From assembly GCA_030141605.1 (NCBI GenBank), contig JAQGDQ010000737.1, positions 1 to 64,000 of the forward strand: a stretch of DNA of 64,000 nt, in the 5' to 3' direction. This document shows, piece by piece, positions 1 to 11,500 of this stretch (position 1 is its first letter; each line of letters begins with the position of its first letter). Origin of the DNA: Tubiluchus corallicola (lineage: Eukaryota > Animalia > Priapulida). Both the position numbers and the translations under genes were made by a program. The notes under the pieces were generated by a model. It did not search any database and had not been told where the DNA came from. It saw only the letters and a program-made list of their open reading frames with translations.

Positions 1-236
1 TGTTCACGACATGACTATTTGTGTACTAGGCGCTACTGAACCGGGTTAGGGATGGATGACCATCAATAAAATCACTTTAGATCAGTTTCAACTATCATAC
101 TGCCACTGGCTATTAATCTTGTTGGTGAAGGAATCACCATAGAATCTTACCTTACATAAATAGCTAAGTTCCCGTACCACCACAACTACAGGGCTTGCAG
201 TGAATGTAGAAAACATGAAGAAAATATTAAACTTAC

Positions 237-2114
237 CATTTTGAAATGCCGGCAATTTCATCAAATAAAAGCAAAGCAAGAAGATGTGAAATATTGTAGC
301 AAGTCTCTTTTTCTTTTTGGTACAACAAAGCAGCTAAAATATAAAAAAACATAGAAAATGAAGTAAATTTCACTTTGCAGTTGACACACTCCTGCTTAAT
401 TACCAATATCATAAAAAAATTAAATTCAAAAATATGCAAATAAGAAAAGCCAATCAAGTTTGAACAACAATACTAACCGCGTAACAGCTGATAGTATACA
501 GTAACGTCGCCCACAAGTTTGCGTCTGACATCGGAGTTCTGATGCGTTAGCAACCGGAGAATTTTCACACAGCTTGGGATAAAGAGTACACAAAATTCCT
601 GGAGATAGATGAGCAAATTTCAACATTTCATAAACCAGATATTTATACGTAACAAAATCGTGAAAGCATTCGCTAGCAAACAGGGATGTTGCCGTAACTG
701 AAATTTATCAGACATAAGAAACAGATACCGCAATGAAACCAAACAGAAACATTTTTGCAAAACCAACTAGTATTAAAACTGAAAAAAATTCTAAAAAGGT
801 AAAATATTTTGTTTTTTTGTTTGTCTGCTTTTATTTGCTGTGATGCAAAATTACTGATAAAAAACACAAGACTGTTTTATACTATAGAATCTCAAGTTTG
901 ATGGAGCGGCTAATATTAGAAAAATTAATGTGTAACAATGTTTTTGGATTTAACTATCATTAATAATTAACGTTTAAAAATCATAATTCTTCATTAAAAT
1001 AAAGAAATGTTACCTTGTAGATACTTTGCTGTCTATATTTCATAAATTATAAAATTAAAAAGAATTTTGCTCATATAAACTCAAAGTGGTTTGATATTTC
1101 GGTTGATTGGGCCCGGAGACAATAGAGGTCAGCACTGAAGATATGTAACATTGTCGTGAAAAGTACATCACAAATTGTTATGTAAGCGAAATTTATTTGA
1201 ACTATTTTGGTCAAGATTTTTCAGCAGTTTTTGACATCTAGGAACAAAGAAAAGAGAAATTGGATACATGCTAGTGAAATCTGTGAAAAATGTTGCCGAA
1301 AATCATGCATAATTTCGTCTACCAAACGTAATACCTTCCACCGAAACCGAAAGTGCAATTATCAGCAATGGAACCAAAAATTTCATTTTGGTAACATCTC
1401 TGCTTGCAAAGTGTAAATGAAAATTTAAAATGGCTGACTTCTATTCGCGTTTGAATATTTTAATAAACTATCGTTTCTCCGAGGTTTTATTAACCAGAAG
1501 AACAAGCAGAAGAACACGAAAAAGAATACATTTCTTACCGGAGACGATTCATCTAGTGCTGAGTTTAACTGCTGCTGTATGATAGAAAGACCATTCGATT
1601 TCAAAAATGCTCGATGAAGATTGATGTCTGAATTAAAAAACGTAAATTAAAATTACAAAATTACCGCTTAAAGGAAAATGTATAAAACTTAAACTTTCAC
1701 TCACTTCCCAAACAATATAGTCCTTGTTTCTGGACTTGAAATTTCATGAAAACGCTCGTTCGTTCAATTCATGCGAGGTTTCATAGTTTTTTAACCGTGA
1801 ACGGACATCCTTTCACTTCAAACCAATGGCTAATAACTGTAACGCATTATCGCCAAGTTGACTTTATTCACGCCCTCTGCTCGAGCAAGTCATCATCATT
1901 AAAACTGTTTGCTTTACCATTTTTAAAACTATAAATACTTTTGCATTAAACGGTCTTTAGTAGTTGCCATAGTTGCACCAATTTGTCTCAGGGTTGTCAG
2001 ATGACCGAGTTGTTCGCAAGACAAAACAAGATATAAGATATATATAACACGTCTTATACTACTGAAATTAATGTATAGAGATAAAACTGCATAAAAAATT
2101 ATATGTAGAAATAT

Positions 2115-2147
<33 letters not shown>

Positions 2148-5100
2148 AACACACGCACGCACGCACACACACATATACATATATAAGATTCGAGGCTACA
2201 GCTTCGACGACGACATCATTTTCGGCAATTTATATACCAACGAAAGATCTCGATCTAGTGTCTTCTCATTGGTGGTCTATTTTTCGAATCTGGTCCCCCA
2301 TCGGGATGAACACGGGGCAAAAAACCTCCAAAAATGTCCCTTTTTGCCGTTTTTTTGCAAAACTCATACCTCTTATTTGTGAAGAAGGAGAAAGTGCCAG
2401 ATATGATGTTTATAATGGTTGGAAGCCCGTTCAACAGTGGGTGTCATAAGCATATCTAGAACTCGGGGAAGGGCCATGGCGTCCCGTAATGGGCATTCTC
2501 TCAAACACAACTCCTGATTTTTTTTTGACCGAACAGCCTGTAGAAAAAATGGGATTGTACAAGGAGATATAGGATCTTTGGGAAGAGGAGGAACAGGGCT
2601 ATGTGGCAACGTGAGTCCCTTTTGGAGTCACTACCTCCAAAAGGAGCGGCTACAAGTTGATTGGAGGTTCCATTTCAGGCGACTGTCGCTCAGAAGCTAC
2701 AGTGACGTTTGCACTGTGCTGACGTCAATCCATTGTACTCTACCCATAATTTCAGTTCAGCAAAAGCTGCCGGCTTTGGGTAATGATAATGCCTAACATG
2801 TTACTAAAGTGGAATAACAATAAACGAACACTATGTAGAATGTTCGTGCATTATTAACGTTTATGAGCAAAGGCTTTTGCAGGGCCATTGCTAGTATTTA
2901 TATTATTGCACCTCTTCAACAGATTACACAAAAAATTCCAGGAACCCAACGATGCATTACGTAAGGCGAATACGACGAGAGTTTTGAATGACGTAAATTC
3001 TTCAAGGTTACCTTCCAAAATAAAGGCAAGTTGTTCGGAAGCACTTTTCTGTGCCGTTATCTCAACCTCATCCGAAATTAGAAGATTCATCACCTTCTGC
3101 ATACTTTCTATCTGTATAATAATAATAATAATAATAATGATAATAATAATAATTATAATGATAATGATGATAATAATAATTTTAAAATACACTAGGCACC
3201 ACTTAATAGACTCACTTTGGTATGGAAGTGTTTCGATCCAATTAACCGACTGGTTCAATTAGTCGACAGGTGTAGCATATTAGTACAAAGCATGCATTGC
3301 AAATACTGAATTTTAGAAATGAATTAATGTAATTCTCATGTGGAATTGTTCAAAAGAATATTAATTTATATAAGTGAATAAATAAAAAACGAAATAAAAA
3401 AATCTCACAAATCTGATTATTACCACTAAAAATTACAAAAATTCATGCAAGGTCGGTTACTTCATTTTTTCACGAAGAAGTTGGTTTATGAAATTCTCAT
3501 AATGATAAAAACATTAAAAACTCTTGCTGTATACTGTACATATTCACTCAAAACACCTAGTCACCTAGTGCTTGAACTGCAGTTGGTGATGACCTTGTTT
3601 CCCCTGTGAAAAGCAGCGGGAACTTCAAAAGCAAACCACTGGTCAAGTGATTAAATGCTTAGCTTCCAGAAACAACGAGGTTGACTGCAGTGGACACGCA
3701 GGTGACAGATTCAATGCAAAACCGCTGGTCAAGTGATTAAATGTTTAGCTTCCAGAAACAACGAGGTTGACTGCAGTGGACACGCAGGTGACAGATTCAA
3801 AGCAAACCGCTGGTCAAGTGATTAAATGTTTAGCTTCCACAAACAACGAGGTTAACTGCAGTGGACAAGCGGGTGACAGATTCAAAGCAAAACCGCTGGT
3901 CAAGTGATTAAATGTTTAGCTTCCAGAAACAATGAGGTTAATTACAGTGGACAAGCGGGTAGCAGATTCAAAGCAAACCGCTGGTCAAGTGATTAAATGT
4001 TTAGCTTCCAGAAACAACGAGGTTAACTGCAGTGGACAAGCGGGTGACAGATTCAATGCAAAACTGCTAAGTTAGCATATTAGTGCATATGATAAACGTA
4101 CTTGTTTACAAACAAAGCTGTGTCTAACATGACTGTTTCTACATACATTATACTGCACAAAATAGATGTAAAGATGATGCAAAGGTAGTAAAAGCTTTTT
4201 GGTCACACACAAGTGTCTTATTTTAAGTACGTGAAAGAAAAATATTGCGTCAATCATGCAGAGTTATTTAAGTCAATTACTTAACGTTTTTAAATACATT
4301 TGGACAGGAGCGGCCCAGACATGTTTGAGTCAATTAAGCGACTGATTCTATTAACCGTGAGTCTAATAAATGGTACCTACTGTAATAATAATATTAATCA
4401 TTTTAAAATATGACGCACACAAATGAACGTTGCTTTGTTTCAAAATATACATGTACTTCCTGTGGCGAATAAAATCATCAATAAACCAACAATTAACAAG
4501 ATCGATTATAATCACAGCACGAAAATAATCAATAAATTAAATAATAATTAGTAAATTATTTGGCACACTTTGTTGAAAAGAAAACGACACCTGTATAACG
4601 GATGGAATTCTAGCCTCCGCATTAACTGGCTGTTCGTACAGGAACAGGTGAGGTAGATCAGACAGGTCGACATCAGATAAGTCAGGTCGTAGGTGAAGAG
4701 AATTCTCCTCTCGTGCAAGCAATGTTACTAGACGTGAAGCGGCATGCACACGGACACTACAACAATTGAAAAAAAATGAATAAATTCAAACAGCAAGGAA
4801 AGAATATGAGCAAATGCATTTCACACATAATTTTGCATGAAACTTCTCCCAAAAACTTACAATAAACGATGTTCAGCGAGATTCTAGAAGCTGCCCATTT
4901 AATGCACAATTCTTTTCAAAGTTAAGCAACATTAGCTTTGGCAAGCACTCGATTAGGTAACCAATGTATCTATATAACCGCAAAAAAATTAAAGCGAGGA
5001 CTTACTGTACTAATTATGCATCAGACTAATGCGTCTCCTTTAATTCAATAAATTATCAGTAATATCAATTAATATCAGTAAGACAGCAGCTATGAGAAAT

Positions 5101-8100
5101 TAATCAAAATTCACCTGCTACCTTGTTCCTCGATCGATGAAGCGTTAAGAACCGATGCATTAAAAGCAAAAACTTTTGAAAACATTTGTGTAACTTCATC
5201 GTTTGTTTAAACTTATTTTCTAACCTGTCATCAGAGCAGAACAAAAGTCGGAGATTGGGACGTAGCGCATCAGCAGTCGGCAACACGGGCGGATCACCCT
5301 CCGAGGGAAGTTCAACCAGAGACATTAGGAATTTTCCCAGTTCACTCTCGCTGTCCGTGTGGCCCTAAAACATAAAAATTACAAACTTTGGTAACGTCGC
5401 CTGGAAAGAAATAATTTAAGAATAATTTGTAATATCTCATTTTATTCTGGAAAAGATTAGCTCCTTCAGGACCGCACCATTCAGAATAGGTCTTATAAAA
5501 CCTGTGACTTTTCTGCTGCTGTATGAGCACAGATATAACTAAATGATTACAAATTAGGCACTGTTCTATTCGGGAGAATCTCAACTATCCAATCATACTA
5601 TTTCTTTAACATTTGCAAATGATTTAATTGGATAAAATTAAGAAAAACACGCCCTTTTCAGGCATTCCAACTTAGCCTATTGAGTAGCTTAGTCTGGTGT
5701 ACACCTGTGTGATCGCACACACTAATTTATTGATCACGTGCTTGCTACAGCCCAAGAGAACTGTCTGCTGTTCCAGGAAAAACCAACCGATCAACCAAGG
5801 GCAAATTAAGGTCGTTTCATCCTTTAACAGAGATTTCTCTTTGAAAATAGAGTAGACTTGAAATCAAAGTTTACCAGAGTGTTGTGTCTGGATAGTTGAA
5901 ATTTTCTGCATTAGCTAATTTCACACAAGCGATACCGTACATTGTTACAGTGCAAACACTGCAGTTACTGAAAGCTTTTTTCAATTTATTCGCCAAAAAT
6001 TGATTTTTAATTTGTCTAAAGTAAGCAAATGCATTACATATGTAATTTTGCACGAAACTCCATTGTGAGAGGAGTAGAAACCTACAAAAATTATCAAATA
6101 TAACGTAATCGCTGCTTAGTGAGAGCAGTTTTTCTTGAATCCATGCAAAAGATGCTTACGAACCTGAAGGAGATAAACTAATCTTCGTAAACGTTAAACT
6201 ACAGTCAGAATCTCAATGCCACAAAACGACAATCCAGAAAAAACGGTTTAAAAGAGATGGATAAGAAAATAAACAACAAACAGAAATAGCACCATTTCTC
6301 ACTCTCAGTTTCAATAAAATGTAAGAACATGTTACCAAATAAGGTCAAGCGGTCCTTTACCTGTATAAGAGGCAGAAGGGCAGCCACGTTTTCCGTTAAC
6401 TGATTCCACATCTCCACATCCATCAGCAGCTTACTCCGGAGCAAATGAAGGAATATCTTCGTTGCGTAATTGCGGATCTGCATGAGATACAAAAAGCGTG
6501 AGCACGAACATCATCAAACAGTTTCTACAAATCAGTAATTTGCAGTAATTCAAAATAATTTAACAATTAAAAACTGCAGTCGCGAAAAATATCTGAAAAG
6601 AAAAATCTTACAAAATGACCAACAATGATGTCATTGTCGTCGTCATCATCATTGTCATCAATAAGTTCGTGACTCACCAGCATAAGTTCGTAATTTACCC
6701 GCACTAGTTAATTACTTACCTGCAAAAGTTAGTTATTTACCTGTACAAGCTCGTTACTTACCTGCAAAAGTTAGTTACTTACCTGTACAAGCTCGTTACT
6801 TACCTGTGCAAGTTTGTTACTTACCTGTACACGTTCGTTACTTACCTGTACAAGCTCGTTATTTACCTGTACAACCTCATTACTTACCTGCAAAAGTTAG
6901 TTACTTACCTGTACGAGCTCGTTACTTACCTGCAAAAGTTAGTTACTTACCTGTACAAGCTCGTTACTTACCTGTGCAAGTTCGTTACTTACCTGTACAC
7001 GTTCGTTACTTACCTGTACAAGCTCGTTATTTACCCGCACTAGCTCATTACTTACCTGCAAAAGTTAGTTATTTACCTGTACAAGCTCGTGAGAAAAACC
7101 AGCCGTGCATATTTCTCGTAAAATTCTACACTGGATTAGAACCTTGGCATCCTTGTAAACACACAACCCCGGAACCGTGGCCTCCTCTATGTTAAGACAA
7201 TTCTAAAAAACAGTAAACAATTCTGTAGTTATAGTGTGTTTAAAGTGACAAAAATTATTAGGATGCAAAAACAGCAAGAATTAGCCAAAAAATGATGAAA
7301 AACAGCAAGAATTAGGCAAAAAACGATGAAAAACAGTAAGAATTAGCCAAAAAATGGGAATCACACATTGAAATAAACCAAAATATACTGACACATAGCA
7401 ACAAGACAAGGAAAATCTGCTAATGAGTCTTTTCACAGTTCCAGCGATTGATAATGATCGTGCAAAGGTTAAAGGTTAACTGTACCCGACAACGCATTTG
7501 TGTAACTTGACAACGCCTCGCAGCCCAAGCTATTGTAATAGTAGCAGTTTTAACAGCTAGCTAGAACCTTACCTAGTTTAGCAGAACCCAAGCAAGATCC
7601 TGCTAGTAAATCACTCTATGTGCAGAATAATGCATAATTAAGTAAAGTCCTCGTAAACAACTGAAGTAACTGAACTGATGCGGCAGATGGCTTTGTCTCA
7701 TACACATGTCATCTGACGGTTGTAGTTAAGAGGCATTGCTGTGGTAAACTCTACCTTCGAATACAGCAACTGCTCATGCGCACAACAAAACTCTTAAGTT
7801 TAGTCTTGTAGTTTTGATAGACCTGTTGTTATTCTGCATTATAGAGATTTACATACAAATGTGCTGCAAGCTAGTAGCATGATGCTCATAACTCAAATGA
7901 TAACAAACTTTACAGAGTATGCTTCACTTTCCTTTACAGATTTTCTAAATATTTCGGTAGGAGGGCTTAAAAACACAGCACCATTCAACTTTACTGGACA
8001 TCCAGCTCTTTCGGCCAATGCTGGTTTCTCTAAAGAAGCACATCTTCCCATCGGGATGACGGTAATCGGAAAACACTTTGACGAAGCCACCGTGCTTAAA

Positions 8101-8503
8101 TTTGCACATGGTCTTGAGAAAATCAGAGATAAGGGAGCAAGCGTGAAAGAATAATTTGTTGAAAATGTTTGTGTTAGTTTGCACTTAATAAATTTTATTA
8201 CACAGTTTAAAATAAAGTTGAGTGTTATTTCTTGAGCAATGCCAAACATCTAAGGCACAATGATTGCACATTATGCTTTTTTACTAACATTCACCATGCC
8301 ATTTTAACGAAGACTCTAACTTTGTGGACAGAACCAATTTTAAGCTTTGCGTCAGTGTTGCAGCATTTCTACAGGTGTCCACTGAGTGGTTTCATTTTCA
8401 TAGATGAATTGCAACTGCAAGAGGGAATATTAGTATTCTCTATCTAATGTCATTAATTTCACATTAGTATTTTAATAGCAAATAAAAGATTTTACTACTG
8501 CTG

Positions 8504-8575
<72 letters not shown>

Positions 8576-11500
8576 GTAGTAGTAGTAGTAGTAGTAGTAC
8601 AGTAACACGTTCGTTTTATGCTTAATGAAGCTAATCATTATTTTCATGTCATTGTAATTCAATCTGGTAGCTTTTGAGTCTGTCGTTTTCTTCCCGCAAT
8701 GCGTACATTGTTATCTTAACATTAATGAAAATTAAAATTCGCAAAATTAATTTTAAATCGCCAGATATTTTGATCCGCATATTTGCCTATCTTTAATAGT
8801 AGATCGTCAATCCGATCTGATCCGCAAAAATCTAGCGGATTTTTGTCCAATTCGCGGGCCGCAGTCGTGATCCACTCATTGCTTGGGAGCATCAATATAC
8901 TTTGTAAGACTCGATTCTATTGGAAAGTTGAGCTTTCTTTGGCGACCAATAAAAACTTAGTTTACTTTGGGCTAGTTACTGTGGCAACAGCAACACAACA
9001 AAGCTGCTTTTATGACGGCAGACGAATAAGTAACCAATGTGACTATTGAAGCTCCTTAGTTACGGAGTTATCTTCTTAACTAAAACTGCAAAAAAATTTT
9101 GCTAATAAAAACGTATTGGAAAATATGGGCAATAACAGCAGTCGAAGACGGAGACAGATGCGCGAAAGAAGGAGAGCGTCGAGAGGTAATGTACAGTATG
9201 TTTTGCAATTTTTGCACGTGTTTTTCTTAAGATTTAAGCTTCTAAAGTAAGGATGCTGATCCAGTCTCAGGGTCGCTCTCGCATAGTCTTAGCTTTTTAC
9301 ACATACGAACATGTTGTTCTGTGTTGGATAGTAAATTTACACCTAGTATTCATATCCGTCAAACTCTGCATGAAAATCAGTCAGCAAAGGTTGGATGTCT
9401 AACCAAGTAGTTATACGAGCACGTTTTGCATGAATGGCTCAGAAATACCACCCGAGTACAATACTCACTCTAAGTCGTTGTTTTTGCCATATGTACTGAT
9501 TGCAGCTGTTTATCTCGTAAAGGGAGGCAAAATCTCACATCCAAATTACGCTACTGTAGTCTGTATTGTGAAAATGACGTGTGCAACGAAGGGCTACCAA
9601 GCTGGTTCCATCATTCAGTGACTTGGACTACACAGAAAGACTAAGGAAATTAAGCATTCGTCTTGATAATATAGGCACCAACGAAGTGACATGATTCAGG
9701 TTTTTAGAATTGTCAAAAAAATCGACATTTTGGACGAGTCATCCTTCTTTAAGCAATTACTAGAGGTCATCCTTGTAAATTCAACAAACCCAGAGCCAGA
9801 TTGGATGTAAGAAAGTATGCCTTCAGCAACCGAATAGTCAACAGCTGGTATGATTTAAGCAGCAAAACTATAGCATCTAAGTCAATAAATGAATTCAAAG
9901 GAATATGAGCGGAATCACAAAAAAATCATTATGACATACACATACTAAATTCAGTAGAGAACAGGCATTACAGGTGATCCATGGATCTACCTCTAGCCTT
10001 AACATTGAATATGGATATGGATAGTCAAGTCTGTGTCTTGGACAGTTATCCTTAATAATGAGCCAGGCTCTCCTCTGGACATTTGAGTCACAGTGGACCA
10101 TACGTCAACCCTACACAGTGTTGTAGCCTTACACTGACTTGGCTTGCAGTGTGCCAATGTACATAAAAAAATGAAACCTTCAATTTTCATCTGCAAAAAG
10201 CCTTAAAAAACCTCTAAAATGTAAGTAATTCATCAGCAGCTGTGGGATCGAGAGATTACCCAGGGAGCTTGCACTACTCCTTCGAACCACAGTTATTTTA
10301 AGCTAAACTGTTTAGCAAATAATTATTAGAGTATACTTTGTACAACATTTATGTTCTGCTTGGGTTCTATAGCTCCAAATTTTACATGTAGTGCAGTAGT
10401 AGTAAAGAAATGCTTTTCTGATCCAACTTGGCCAGATTGGCTAATTATTTTTAGTTTTGTTTTGTCAGTACTAGAGTTCAAACCAAATGTTACTTTGATA
10501 TTATTTTCCTGAAGCAAAATCAAACATAATCCAAGGCGAAGAAATTATCAATACTAGGATCGACTACTGTAGTCTTGCAACTGAAATTAAACTAAACGCT
10601 AAACCCAGATTTGTAGTACTGCCTTGCACAAATGATATGAGTAAAACTACTAGTAAAATTTGTACATTTAACAGAGTTTTCACTCCTCATAGAAGAATTC
10701 TAAATGTAAACTAGAATTAGTATCCTGAAAATAAATATGCAATGCTGTTAGAAAATTTATCACACTATATGAGACAGAGTATGTGTGAAACTACTTCAGC
10801 TAAATTAACACCCAGATATAATGTCGAATCTATTAAGAGCTAGCACTCTTGCTATGTTTTTCTTTTCAGGGACCATGGCCAGACAGCCACCTGCATACGA
10901 GGATGTACCACCTCGATATTCCCTCCATGAATATCCACCGCCCTCCTATGAGGAAAGTAATCGACGCCAGTTCCTCGCGAACCGGTACTCAGAATCCGAT
11001 GAACCTGCTCCGTATGTATGCTTTCAAACGTGTGAAGAGTTTCATTCACATGCTGAAGATGAAGAGTTTACCAACTGGGAGAGAGACACGGCGGAAGCAA
11101 ACACGGATGACAACAACTGGGAGAGAGACACAGCGGAAGCAAACACGGATGAGAACAACTGGGAGAGAGACACAGCGGAAGCTGAAGATGAAGAGTTTAC
11201 CAACTGGGAGAGAGACACAGCGGAAGCTGAAGATGAAGAGTTTACCAACTGGGAGAGAGACATGGCGGAAGCAAACACGGATGACAACAACCAGCAACAA
11301 ATGTTAGATGATTCTTCCTACACAGAAACACTCATCTTATCTTCGAACATCTTAGGTGTGAGTAGAACATCAACTCTGAGTGATTCTGAGCGGATAATGC
11401 ATGAGAAAAATGCTCTTAGCAGAGATGGAAGTGAGATTTCGATTAGTGAAAATTTAGACAACTTATTCTTCTGCGGCAGATGTGGCTCAACTACTACAGG

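Noticed and set aside
2854-3262. Poly-Ile ORFs on both strands
   Set aside because: An (ATT)n microsatellite read through into an RTTN exon; only 3012-3111 is coding.
6806-7195. 129-aa plus-strand repeat ORF (YLPVQAR)n
   Set aside because: Antisense reading of the 21-bp splice-donor array and the RTTN exon.
10821-10869. ORF-track start MSNLLRAST for the 400-aa ORF
   Set aside because: These codons overlap a pyrimidine tract and acceptor; the phase-matched exon at 9125-9185 is a better start.
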